From Gemmatimonadota bacterium (GTDB lineage: Bacteria; Gemmatimonadota; Gemmatimonadetes; Gemmatimonadales; GWC2-71-9): a stretch of DNA of 64,000 nt. The notes under the pieces are model-generated. The model ran no database searches, was not told the origin of the DNA, and saw only the letters and a list, made by a program, of their open reading frames with translations. Where the stretch lies: positions 406 to 64,405 of the forward strand of contig JANNSD010000034.1 of NCBI GenBank assembly GCA_031402225.1, read 5' to 3'. Positions 27,454 to 36,700 of the stretch are shown in pieces. Within the stretch, counting starts at the first letter, position 1. Every line of letters starts with the position of its first letter. The position numbers and the translations under genes are program-made.

Positions 27454-27747
27454 CTACGTGCGCGGTTGCCAATAACCAGGGAGCCGGCGATGGTGGGCGA
27501 TAGCGAGGATGAACACGCGATCTGGGTCAACGCGATAGATCACGTGGTAGGGAAACCGCCGGAACGAGAGTCTACGGCTGCCGTGGGGAATCACTCGCCC
27601 GGCTCCCGGGAATTGGAGAAGGAAACCGGGTGTGCGGTCAAACTCAGCAAGGAAGTCGCGGCCCAACCCGCTCGCCTGGGTCTCGTAATACAGGGCAACT
27701 TCGCCCAGCTCCTGATCAGCTCCGGGATGTAGTTCAGCGGGGCTCAT
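27454..27747 (-). CDS. RelE/ParE-family type II toxin
   Basis: FRRFPYHVIYRVDPDRVFILAIAHHRRLPGYW is the canonical ParE/RelE C-terminal block. Overlaps the antitoxin gene by 14 nt. Confidence 0.8.
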   Translation of the reverse strand: MSPAELHPGADQELGEVALYYETQASGLGRDFLAEFDRTPGFLLQFPGAGRVIPHGSRRLSFRRFPYHVIYRVDPDRVFILAIAHHRRLPGYWQPRT

Positions 27748-27970
27748 TCAACTGCGCCCGCGCCTTAGCCAAAGCTTCGGCGGCCGGCACGGCCTTAACC
27801 GAGCCGGCCTTCAAGTCCTGGTAGCGTCGCTCGGTTTCGTTTGCCCAGGCCACGTCGATCTCGGTGTCGGCCGCTTCGAGGCTGTCGAGCAGTGCTTCTG
27901 CCAAACGGGCGCGCACTGCGGCGGGAAGCTGGAGGAGCTCCGCCTCAAGCTGCTCTGGGGTGAGCTTCAT
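27734..27970 (-). CDS. Addiction-module antitoxin (TIGR02574-type 'putative addiction module component')
   Basis: MKLTPEQLEAELLQLPAAVRARLAEALLDSLE...DVAWANETERRYQDLKAG is the characteristic layout. Confidence 0.8.
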   Translation of the reverse strand: MKLTPEQLEAELLQLPAAVRARLAEALLDSLEAADTEIDVAWANETERRYQDLKAGSVKAVPAAEALAKARAQLNEPR

Positions 27971-28048
27971 CGGGGTCTCATGTCGGTTGGGGCTGAATGA
28001 AAGGTAAGTGGCTGCGGAGAGACCGCCAAACGGCGCCAGCGGTGAGCG

Positions 28049-28135
28049 GCCTAACGGTCTGCAAATCAGTTGCGAGGGCGTGTGCGGCGAAGCCGCATCA
28101 TTAGCGCCCTCGCCAACTGCATTTGCTGGTTAGCG
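28049..28135 (-). other. attC-like site A (downstream of mazF)
   Basis: Plus strand: GCCTAAC-ggtctgcaaatcagttgcgagggcg-loop-cgccctcgccaactgcatttgctg-GTTAGCG. Imperfect arms with single-base bulges. Minus-strand R'' CGCTAAC begins 7 nt after the mazF stop. Confidence 0.65.
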
Positions 28136-28141
28136 TGCGGA

Positions 28142-28483
28142 CTAGGGGGCGAACATTTCCTGCAGGACCCCCAACACCCGCTCGAGCGTCGATGGACTGA
28201 ATCGGCCGACCTTCTTGGTGAGTCGGGCCCGATCAACCGTCCGGAGCTGGTCCAGTACCACATGGCCCGCCTTGCCGGCGAAGCGACAGGGGATCCGGAA
28301 CGGGTACGGATGCGACCCCGTCGTGAGCGGCGCGACAATGAAGGTGCGGAGTGCGCCGTTCAACTCGTTCGGCGAGACGACCACGCAGGGGCGCGTCTTC
28401 CGGATCTCGCGGCCGAGCGTCGGGTCGAGGGCCACGAGGAAGACATCGCCCCGGGCCACGAGCTCTGTACTCACCACGTCCAT
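28142..28483 (-). CDS. mazF: MazF/PemK-family type II toxin endoribonuclease
   Basis: RGDVFLVALDPTLGREIRKTRPCVVVSPNELN...FIVAPLTT...VVLDQLRTVDRARL. Confidence 0.9.
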   Translation of the reverse strand: MDVVSTELVARGDVFLVALDPTLGREIRKTRPCVVVSPNELNGALRTFIVAPLTTGSHPYPFRIPCRFAGKAGHVVLDQLRTVDRARLTKKVGRFSPSTLERVLGVLQEMFAP

Positions 28484-28716
28484 TCATCCTGGTCGAAATC
28501 CGTGGCCACCACCGCGTCGAGCAGGCCCGCCTCGGCCGCCGCCAAGGCGGTTGCCGCGTCGGCCCAGCCGGCTCGGGTCGAGGCGAGGGGACGGATGACG
28601 ACGGTGTTACCGTGGACCTCGAGCTGCACGTCCTCCTCGAGCCCGGCCTGCTCAATGAGCAGCTTGGGGAGGCGGATGCCGCGGGAGTTGCCGATCCGGA
28701 CGAGCTTGGCTTTCAT
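28471..28716 (-). CDS. mazE: AbrB/MazE/SpoVT-family antitoxin
   Basis: MKAKLVRIGNSRGIRLPKLLIEQAGL looped-hinge-helix motif. Overlaps mazF by 13 nt. Confidence 0.85.
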   Translation of the reverse strand: MKAKLVRIGNSRGIRLPKLLIEQAGLEEDVQLEVHGNTVVIRPLASTRAGWADAATALAAAEAGLLDAVVATDFDQDEWTW

Positions 28717-28729
28717 GGGGGCTCGGGAA

Positions 28730-28756
28730 ACAGTGTAACTACAATGTAGCTACTGT
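28730..28756 (-). promoter_or_regulatory. Candidate MazE operator (repeated GTARCTAC half-sites) upstream of mazE
   Basis: ACAGTGTAACTACAATGTAGCTACTGT lies 14-40 nt upstream of the mazE ATG. Near-palindromic. Confidence 0.3.
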
Positions 28757-28787
28757 CTGCCTTCGCGCAAGCTGCTCGCGTCGGTCA

Positions 28788-28861
28788 CGCTAACGGCAGG
28801 CGTCAGCCGCCGCGGCGCCCATGATGACACGCGCCGCGGTCGGCTGCGCGCCGTGTTAGGC
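28788..28861 (-). other. attC-like site B (downstream of the PD-(D/E)xK-like cassette ORF)
   Basis: Plus strand: CGCTAAC-ggcaggcgtcagccgccgcggcgc-ccatgatgacac-gcgccgcggtcggctgcgcgccgt-GTTAGGC. Minus-strand R'' GCCTAAC starts 10 nt after the ORF stop. Confidence 0.65.
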
Positions 28862-28871
28862 AGCAGCGTGA

Positions 28872-29443
28872 CTAAGCAGACAACCTCTTACGAATCAGAG
28901 CGACACGAGCGCAGAGCAAGTGTTCCGAGTGGTCGCGGAACCGGCGCCTAGAATCACCTCGGGTCTGGAAGACCTGGTCTGGACTGTCGAAGCCGAAGCC
29001 GAACATCCGGTCTGGCGTACCCGCCACGGTGCGGACCTTCTTGAGGAAGGCGCGCATTTCTTGCTGAGTGAACACGAGGATCAACGGTGACCACCATGTC
29101 CCGAGCTCCCGTTTCTGCGCGGCATCAACCGCTGGGTACTGAGCCACCAAGCAGAACAGGTCGGCTTCGGGCGGGCACTCGAAGCTATTGAACCAGGTGT
29201 CGTAGCGAAACTGGCGTCGCGCCCGCTCGCTTGCTTGCAGCTGGGAGTATGTGCGGGACGACTTGATCTGAATCGACAGACCTTGGTTCGGCCCGCTCGC
29301 CGACGGGACAGAATAAGATCTACACCCTGTTCTTGGCGCGAGATCGGCGCGAACAGCGAGAAGCCCTGTCGCGCCGGGAACAGTCGGGCGAGCTGCTGTG
29401 CAACGCAGTACTCCGGATACGGAAGCGAAAAGATCGGTTCAAT
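28872..29443 (-). pseudogene. PD-(D/E)xK nuclease-like cassette gene, frameshifted and lacking a canonical start
   Basis: Own translation: frame 1 gives ...EYCVAQQLARLFPARQGFSLFAPISRQEQGVDLILSRRRAGRTK, and frame 2 continues GLSIQIKSSRTYS...WWSPLILVFTQQEMRAFLKKV (track ORF 28872..29150). The D...(Q/E)xK pattern is split by a 1-nt frameshift near 29275-29295. Confidence 0.4.
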
Positions 29444-29463
29444 TCTTGACCTCGTGGTCTGCT

Positions 29464-29531
29464 GCCTAACGTGTGCTTCTGCTGCGAACGCTTCCTACCG
29501 CACCTGCGCTCGTCGGCAGCAGGCGTCGCTA
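29464..29531 (-). other. attC-like site C (partly degenerate)
   Basis: Plus-strand GCCTAAC at 29464..29470 (minus-strand R' GTTAGGC). Internal CTGCTGC/GCAGCAG and CGA..GCGC pairings. The upper R'' is degenerate (TAGCGAC) and overlaps the ORF stop. Confidence 0.45.
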
Positions 29532-30362
29532 TATGGCCGTCGCACTGGAAACCGGAACGGCATGCTCACCGAGAGGCATGTGCTTGCCCGCCTTTGGCAT
29601 CTGCAAGGCGAACACACCTGGCTCCTGCTCGAGAATCTTGACGTGCCAATAGAGACTCCCGTCTGCATTTTCGGTGGTACTTAGTTCCGCAAGGCGGGAC
29701 TGAAATAGAGCGTGCGGCGTGGCAAAGCACACCGAAAGATCCATCGCCCCAAGTGCCACGACCGCATCCGAATCATCGGCGAGGAACTCGTCCCAAGCTG
29801 GGTGATACGCGAACCACTAGGGAATCGAGTTGCCCCGTGTGTACCTCTTCGAGAGCGTGCACACCGCGCGGTGGTCCTTGCTGCTGTCCCAATAGGTTGC
29901 CCGCGTCCGCTTGATTAGGGTATAACCGAGCTTTGCGCTTACTGAGGAAATGACTGCCTCCCTCTTGGCGGCGAGAGCGGACGGTGCCGTGAACTGCCAG
30001 GACGACGCTTCGGTGGAATCTCTGGTCTCGTCGGACTCGACGGCGTCGCTTGTCTTGTCCTCGGCATCCTTCGCGGCGAGCCCGCTCCACAGCGCCACGC
30101 GACGGAGCGGGATGTCCTCGGCATGATTGCTGCGCTCAAGGCGCGCCAGTAGCAGTCCGAGGTACAGCCCGGCGATCGCACCCAGTGCACCGTAACCCAG
30201 CGCATGGCTGAGGATCCAGTTGGCGATCGATGGGACGGTAGCGCCGATATCCGGGTTGGTGGCCCAGCGGACAATCGCGACCACCACTCCGAGGGCCGTC
30301 CAGGGAATGGCGAAGAGGGCAGCGAGCTTCAGGAGAGCGCGGAACTGGCGCGAAAAGGACAT
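29529..30362 (-). pseudogene. Membrane-anchored cassette protein interrupted by one in-frame TAG (29817..29819)
   Basis: Track ORFs 29817..30362 and 29529..29759 are in the same frame. Read-through gives ...KRYTRGNSIP*WFAYHPAWDEFLADDSDAVVALGAMDLSV...YWHVKILEQ. N-terminal TM helices; C-terminal domain unknown. Confidence 0.45.
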
Positions 30363-30381
30363 AGCTCAGAGCTCGGTGGCA

Positions 30382-30486
30382 ACCTAACGCGTTGCACATG
30401 CGCTGCGGCCGCGGTGGCGGCGCGAGCGCGACGGCTGAACAAGCTGCAAGCACAGGCCGCGCTCGTGCCGCATCCGGCGGCTAGGA
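30382..30486 (-). other. attC-like site E
   Basis: Plus-strand ACCTAAC at 30382..30388 (minus-strand R' GTTAGGT). Nested stems CGAGCGCG/CGCGCTCG and GCCGCGGTGGCGGC/GCCGCATCCGGCGGC. Upper box TCCTAGC (30486..30480) matches ACCTAAC at 5 of 7 positions. Confidence 0.5.
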
Positions 30487-30502
30487 TCCTTGGATCGGTG
30501 CG

Positions 30503-30676
30503 CTAGGAGGAATAGTGCGTAACGCCGAGCAGGCGCTGGCAGTGCGGGCAGAAGTAGGCGAGGCGCTTGCCGGCCATGAGCTCCCGAACGCGGTGGAAGT
30601 ACAGCTTTTCCAGTGGCTCAGCGCAATGAGGGCATAGCGGCAGCAGGTCATCGCGTTCCTCGAGCCTCAGAGTCAC
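30503..30676 (-). CDS. Small zinc-ribbon protein (57 aa), first cassette
   Basis: Own translation (below the track cutoff): [57 protein letters not shown]. Two CPHC pairs; GAGG lies 11 nt upstream of the GTG. Confidence 0.45.
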   Translation of the reverse strand: MTLRLEERDDLLPLCPHCAEPLEKLYFHRVRELMAGKRLAYFCPHCQRLLGVTHYSS

Positions 30677-30708
30677 GACGGGTCTCGCCTCGTGAAATCA
30701 GGTTGGCC

Positions 30709-30715
30709 AGCTAAC
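30709..30715 (-). other. Core-site-like GTTAGCT adjacent to the intI 3' remnant (candidate attI-side junction)
   Basis: Plus-strand AGCTAAC. Same xCTAAC/GTTAGx family as the other junctions at 28051, 28790, 29466 and 30384. Confidence 0.35.
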
Positions 30716-30795
30716 GTGAATTCGACGGCGCCATGCTCATCCCATTGTACGACCCGCAGCCGAATCCGGAAAGGCTGCGGGGCGGGGCGGGGCGC

Positions 30796-31134
30796 CTCCT
30801 GCACCGTCCGGATGTCATACCCCGCCTCCAGCAGGTGCGTCGCGAATGAGTGCCGAAGCGTATGACCACTCGCCTTCTTCGCGACGCCCGATCGCCGGAC
30901 CGCCTGGGCCATGAACCGCTGCACCGCCGACGGGTGGAGCGGTCCTTTTGACCCTTGCCCCGGCGGATGCGAAGCTCCGCTCGCCCCACATCCACATCCT
31001 TGACGCGCAGCCACGAGGCGGACAACCCAGCCCGTGTATGCCTGCTCCATTCGCTGGCTATAGTGGCCCACGCGGAGCTTCGACCGAAAAACGGTCAGCA
31101 GGCGCGGATTCGACTGCGAAGGAGGAGGTGGCAA
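30796..31134 (-). pseudogene. intI: Integron integrase (intI) pseudogene with internal deletions, frameshifts and loss of the C-terminal catalytic Tyr region
   Basis: Frame a: [26 protein letters not shown] (IntI N-terminal HYS-x-RTEQAY-x-x-W block). Frame b: [27 protein letters not shown]. Frame a again: [44 protein letters not shown]. It then breaks into GCCCCGCCCCGCCCCG. About 110 of roughly 320 expected residues remain. Confidence 0.7.
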
Positions 31135-31150
31135 AAGCGCAGGTCGAGCC

Positions 31151-32722
31151 CTACTGTGCGGAAACGGCGGAGCGCCCCCCACGCAGCACATACTTCTGGA
31201 TCTTGCCGGTCGCCGTTTTCGGCAGCTCGGCGACGATGGTCATTCCCTTCGGTACCTTGAAACCGGCGAGCCGTTCGCGCGCGAACCCGCGCAACTCTTC
31301 CTCGGTGAGCGCCATGCCGGGCTTGAGCACGACGAATGCATGCGGCGCCTCGCCCCACTTCTCGTGCGGCAAACCGACGACCGCCACTTCCTGGATGGCG
31401 GGATGCCGCAGCAGCACACCCTCGAGCTCGATGGACGAGATATTCTCGCCGCCGCTGATGATCACGTCCTTCAGGCGGTCGCGGATCTCGATATAGCCGT
31501 CGGGGTGGACCACGGCGGCATCACCGGAGTGGAACCAGCCGCCCTCGAAGGCCCGCGCGGTGGCCTCGGGATCACGGTAGTACCCCTCCATCACGACGTT
31601 GCCGCGCATGAGGACCTCGCCCACTACCGTCCCATCGCGTGGCACGTCCACGCCGCGCTCATCGACCACGCGCAGCTCGCCGGCGGTGACGATCGCCACG
31701 CCCTGGCGCGCCTTGATGCGTGCCCGCTCCGTGACGTCCAGCATGGCGTGTTCCGGGCGCGGTTCGCAGACGCAGATGGCCGGTGACGTCTCGGTGAGGC
31801 CGTAGATCTGCGTGATGGCCCAGCCGAGTCCCTGCTCCACGCGCTCGATGGTGTGGGCCGCCGGGGCGGCGCCGGCGGTGAGGACCCGCACGCCGCGGGG
31901 CGCCCGAGCCCGGAGTTCGTCGGGCGCGCCGGCGATGGTGATGAGCACGGTGGGCGAGGCGCAGAGCATGGTGATGTGCTCCGCGCCGAGCAGCCCGTAC
32001 ACGGTGGGGACGTCGGTGCGCCGGGCACAGACGTGGGTTCCGCCCGCTGCGGCGACGGTCCACACGAAGCCCCAGCCGTTGGCGTGGAACATCGGCAGGG
32101 TCCAGAGATAGCGGTCGGCGCAGGTCATGGGGTGATGCACGAGCAGCCCGACGGCGTTTACCCAGGCGTTGCGGTGGGTAATCATGACGCCCTTGGGCCT
32201 CGAGGTGGTGCCGCTGGTGTAATTGATCGCGAGGACGTCGTTCTCGCCCACCTCGTGCCGCGCCAGCAGTGGGGGTGCCTCGGCGAGGAGGCGCTCGTAA
32301 TCGAGCCATCCGTCACCGCCACCCTCCAGTGCCACGAAGTGCTCGATGCCGGGCATCTCGTGCCGGACCACGTCGACCAGGTCGAGGTAGTCGGCGTGCA
32401 CGCAGAGGATGCGGCTGCCGGAGTGGTTCACCATCCAGGCCCAGTCGGCGGGGAGGAGGCGATAGTTGAGCGGCACGATGACCGCGCCCAGCTGCGGCAC
32501 GGCGGTGAACCCCTCGAGATGCGCGTGGGAGTTGGGGGCGATATAGGCCACGCGATCGCCGGGGGCGACGCCCAGGTGGCGGAGGGCGCCGGCCCAGCGG
32601 TCGCAGCGGTCGAGGAACTGGGTGTAGCTCCAACGCCGGGTGCCGTCGACGACGGCCTCGCGGTCGCCGTAGAGCGATCGCGCGCGTTCGCTGAAGGCGA
32701 GGGGACTGAGCGGGGTCAGCAT
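31151..32722 (-). CDS. AMP-dependent acyl-CoA synthetase/ligase
   Basis: [14 protein letters not shown] (AMP-binding motif I), [18 protein letters not shown] and [10 protein letters not shown]. Confidence 0.9.
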   Translation of the reverse strand: MLTPLSPLAFSERARSLYGDREAVVDGTRRWSYTQFLDRCDRWAGALRHLGVAPGDRVAYIAPNSHAHLEGFTAVPQLGAVIVPLNYRLLPADWAWMVNHSGSRILCVHADYLDLVDVVRHEMPGIEHFVALEGGGDGWLDYERLLAEAPPLLARHEVGENDVLAINYTSGTTSRPKGVMITHRNAWVNAVGLLVHHPMTCADRYLWTLPMFHANGWGFVWTVAAAGGTHVCARRTDVPTVYGLLGAEHITMLCASPTVLITIAGAPDELRARAPRGVRVLTAGAAPAAHTIERVEQGLGWAITQIYGLTETSPAICVCEPRPEHAMLDVTERARIKARQGVAIVTAGELRVVDERGVDVPRDGTVVGEVLMRGNVVMEGYYRDPEATARAFEGGWFHSGDAAVVHPDGYIEIRDRLKDVIISGGENISSIELEGVLLRHPAIQEVAVVGLPHEKWGEAPHAFVVLKPGMALTEEELRGFARERLAGFKVPKGMTIVAELPKTATGKIQKYVLRGGRSAVSAQ

Positions 32723-32737
32723 CGGCAGGATCCGCGG

Positions 32738-33229
32738 CTACTTCGAATCGGTGTTCCACATGTCGTGGATCGCCTTCCAGCTGCCGTCGGCCTGCTTCAT
32801 CCAGACGCAGAGGTACTTCCCCTTCCCGAACGAGTCTTGGTACGCGCCCGCCGTGTAGCCGAGGTCGCCGATCACTTCGGCGTGATCGGTCTTCCAGGAG
32901 ATGCTGTAGGTCGAGTCGGCGAAGTACGCCGCCCATACCTTCTCCGCCGCGGCTCGGCCGACGGCCACGGGCTCGTTCGGCGGGTAGGCAATCGCATCCT
33001 CGGCATAGAACGCCGCCACGCGCCCGGCGTCCCTGGTGGCCGCCGCCGCGGACCAGTCGTCATCGAGCTTCGCCAGGGCCTTCGCCTCAGCGATCGTGTC
33101 AGCGCCCTTGCCGGCGCCCGGGCTCGCGCCCGCGCAGGACGCGAGCGTCACCAGGGCCAATACGCCGGTTGCGTGGAGAACATGCGCTGCCGCCGAACGA
33201 CGCTTGCTCATCGACACAGTGATCATCAT
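32738..33229 (-). CDS. SnoaL-like/DUF4440 lipoprotein (paralog of 16694..17191)
   Basis: LALVTLASCAG lipobox; GKYLCVWMKQADGSWKAIHDMWNTD. Alternative start MSKRRS at 33211. Confidence 0.65.
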   Translation of the reverse strand: MMITVSMSKRRSAAAHVLHATGVLALVTLASCAGASPGAGKGADTIAEAKALAKLDDDWSAAAATRDAGRVAAFYAEDAIAYPPNEPVAVGRAAAEKVWAAYFADSTYSISWKTDHAEVIGDLGYTAGAYQDSFGKGKYLCVWMKQADGSWKAIHDMWNTDSK

Positions 33230-33283
33230 CTCTCCCTCAGGTTTGGTGTTGGGGGCTAGTCCTGGTTGACGACACTCGATGAC

Positions 33284-33721
33284 TCACCCGGCACGGGTCC
33301 AGGTCTGTGTCTTCCCGCCGACGCCTGCCTTCACCTTCACCTTGAGTGTCCCGTCCTTGTCCAGGCTCAGCTCGGCGTTGTAGCTCGATCCGCGCCTGGG
33401 CGCATAGATGCGGCATCCCGTCGCCTGGGTGGCGTCGCCGGTGCATCCGGTCAGGATATCAATGCCCATGAGGGACCGGGTGCGGAGGGAGGCGTCGCTG
33501 TTCTTGGCGTCGACGGCGGCGGGGTTCTTGAGCCAGGTCACCTTGCCGGTCCAGGCGCTGCCACTCTGGACGATGGTGACCTTGGAGCTGGAATCTTCAG
33601 TAAACCAGACGCCGGCGATGGACTGCGCGGCGCTGCGGGTCGTCGATGCCATCAGGATGCCGACCGAGAGCAGCGCCGCTCGTGACGTGAGGACGTGAAG
33701 ACGTGAGGACGTGATGGTCAT
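33284..33721 (-). CDS. DUF2147 domain protein (secreted)
   Basis: IAGVWFTEDSSSKVTIVQSGSAWTGKVTWLKN...NSDASLRTRSLMGIDIL...CRIYAPRRGSSYNAELSL. The ATG at 33721 overlaps the RND stop (ATGA). Confidence 0.7.
   Translation of the reverse strand: MTITSSRLHVLTSRAALLSVGILMASTTRSAAQSIAGVWFTEDSSSKVTIVQSGSAWTGKVTWLKNPAAVDAKNSDASLRTRSLMGIDILTGCTGDATQATGCRIYAPRRGSSYNAELSLDKDGTLKVKVKAGVGGKTQTWTRAG
33687..33710 (-). repeat. Three tandem 8-nt units GTGARGAC in the first codons of the DUF2147 gene
   Basis: gtgaggac gtgaagac gtgaggac, encoding TSSRLHVLTSR. Same unit as at 63376..63453. Confidence 0.8.
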
Positions 33722-36700
33722 GTTTCCTCCTTCGTTTCCCACTTGATGATTTTGAGGTCGAGGACGGCGATGGAATAGATGACGGGCACAAGAATCAACG
33801 TGACCACGGTGGCGAAGAGGAGGCCGCCGATCTGGGCGTAGCAGAGTGGCTGCCAGAGCGGGCCGCCATGGAGCGCCAGCGGAAACAGCGCCAGCACCGT
33901 GGCCAGCACCGTAATGAGCACCGGGCGCAGGCGCATGATACCAGCGTCGAGCAGTGAGTCCTCGAACGGCTCCCCCTTGGCGTGCATTTCCTCGATGAAA
34001 TCGAAGAGCACGATGACATGGCTCACGATGACGCCGATGAGGCTTACCATGCCCAGCAATGCCATGAACCCGAAGCTCGAGCGCATGACCCAGAGCGAGG
34101 CCAGGGCGGCGACGAGGCCGTAGGGCACGGCGGCGAAGACGATGAGCGGCTTCACCGCATTGCGGAACTGGAGCACGAGTGCCAGGTAGATCATGAACCC
34201 CGATATCGCCATGACGCCGAGGAGCTGGCCGAATCCCTCCGTGGTCTTGGCCTGTTCGCCGGACACGACCAGGGAGTATCCCGGCGGCAGGTTCCGCCCC
34301 AGCTCGGCGATCGGCTTCGCGACCTGGCTGTACACATCGGAGGGGAGCGCGCCGGGGACGGGGAAGGCGAAGACGGTCATCATCCGCACCTGGTCCTGTC
34401 GCCGGATGCGCTGGGTTTCCATGCCGTAGGTGATGTTCGCGACCTGGCCGATGGGAACCTTGTTCTTGTCCTCGGTCGAGAAGATGTAAAGGTTGCGCAG
34501 GTCGCTCAGCTCGGGGCGCTCGCGGGGCTGCAGGCGCGCCATGACCGGGATCTGCTTGTTGGCCTCGCGCAGCACGGCCACCTGGGTGCCGTTCAGCCCG
34601 GCCGCCGAGGAGGCGGCGACATCCTGGTTGGTGAGCCCGGCGAGATTGGCGCGATCAGGGTCCACGTCGATGCGGGTGACGAGGACGTCTTCCCTCCAGT
34701 CGTCGCGGATGCGCGCCGCCTTGGGCGAGGTACGAAGAATGTCCTTCACCTGGGTGGCGATCTGGCGCAGCACCAGGGTATTCGCGGCCTCGTCGCCCGC
34801 GGCCGCCGACGGTGCCACGATGCGCATGGCCACCGGATACTGCACCGGGTTGGTCTGCAGCTGCTGCACATCGATGATGGCACCGGGCACGCGTTCGGTG
34901 AGCGCCAGCTGCATCTGTCCCACGATGCGCGGGGTGATGTCCTTGTCCTTCACCTTGACGATGAGCTGGGCGTAGTTGAGCTGCTGCAGCTCGGGCGACA
35001 CGGAAAACCAGAAGCGTGGCCCGCCGCCACCCACGAAGGCGGTGATCGACTCGAGGACGTCCGTGGGCTTGCCCTTCGTCGGGTGCTCCCGGCCGTACTG
35101 CGTCGCGACGTCGCGGATCACGGTCTCGGCCTCCCGCGCGACGTCGTTGGTGGTTGGAAGTGCCGCCGCGTTCCGGAGCCAGACGTCGACGTAGGAGAGG
35201 TACTGCACATCGTCGGGAAAGAAGGCGCGCGCGAGGTGGCGGTTGAAGAACCCGCCCAGGGCGAGGAACAGGAGCGAGCACGCGAACACCACGCGCCGGT
35301 GCTCGATGGCATACTTGCCCACCCGGTAGTACCAGCCGGTAAAGCCCTCGGTGCGGCGCTGCTCAATGGTGCGCTCCGCCTTCTTTGGCGCGCGCAGGAT
35401 GTAATAGCCCAGCAGCGGAATGAACGTCATCGACACGATGCGCGAGGCGATGAGCGCGGAGGCCATGACGATGGGGAGGCTGTGGAGGAAGTCGCCCTGG
35501 TTGCCGCCGAGCAGCAGGAGCGGCAGGTAGGCCACGACGTTGGTGACGGTGGCAAAGAGGATCGCGGTGGCGAGCTTGGTGGGGCCCCACCACGCGGCCT
35601 GGATGGGCGGGTCGCCCGCCGCGAGGTCGCGCTTGATGGCGTCACCGGCCACCACGGGGTCGTCCACCAGCAGGCCCAGCGCCAGGATGAGCGTGGCCAC
35701 CGAGACCTGCTGGAGGTCGATACCCAGCAGGTAGATCATGCCGAAGGTCATCGACAGCGTGATCGGGATGGCGAGCATCATGAGCAGGGCGGCGCGCCAT
35801 TCCCAGAACCCGATGAGCGCCACGATCACCACCAGCACGATGGCCTCGTACAGCGCGTCCATGAAGAGGTCGAGGTTCTCCTTGACCTGCAGCGGCTGGT
35901 CGGAGGTGCGCTCGATCAGCAGGTCGGCGGGGAGGCGTCCGTGCATCGTGGCGAGGGCGGCGTCGATGTCCCGGCCGAACGCATCGATCTGCTCACCGCT
36001 CCGCATCTGGATGCCGAGCGACACCGCCCGGAAGCGCTGCCAGTGTCCCTGCGCATCCTGGCGGGTGACGAAATTGAGGAAGCGGGGCGGCGTCTGGTAG
36101 CCACGATACATGTCCATGATGTCGCGGAGGTACACCGGCAGCCCCGACGAGGTGCGGGTCATGATGACGCCGCCGATCTCTCTCACATCCGTGAACGAAC
36201 CGGACGGCTGCACCTGCACGTTGATATCGCCGGCCTGGAAGAGGCCGCCCGGGATGGTGGTGTTCCGCGCGGTCAGGATGTCCTTGATGCTGGCGGGCTG
36301 GAGCTTGTACGCGGCGAGCTGCTCCTGCGAATAGCCGAGGAAGACCTGTTCCGGCAGCACGCCGGAGCGGAGGATCTTCGACACCTGCGGCACGCTCAGC
36401 AGCTGGCGCTGCAGGAGGTCGGTGAACTGGTCGAGCTCGCGATAGGTGTACTTGTCGCCGGGTGATGCGGTGAGGCGCGCGAGCGTCTCGGCGGTGTCGC
36501 GGATGACGACCGGCGGCCAGGCATCGGTATAGAAGCCACTGTAGCCCAGGCGGTTCTGCATGAAGTCCTGCAGGTACGCGACCAGCGCGGCATCATCGGC
36601 ACTGGTGGCGAGGTCAATCCCGACGAAGCCGGGGCCGCGCAGGGTCACGATGCTGCTGGCGAATGGCTCGGCGCGAACGGCTTGATCGAAGGTCTCGAGG

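Larger units (their letters stand above)
27350..31134 (-). mobile_element. Degenerate sedentary chromosomal integron (intI pseudogene plus about six cassettes)
   Basis: Combination of the intI remnant, five to six attC-like sites each starting 7-11 nt after a minus-strand stop codon, start/end complementarity of cassettes, TA cargo, and lower GC than the flanks. Confidence 0.6.

Noticed and set aside
33982-36465. 827-aa ORF on the plus strand
   Set aside because: It lies entirely antisense to the RND pump gene. Its composition is Arg/Gly/His/Asp-rich with no motifs. This is a typical shadow ORF of a high-GC gene.
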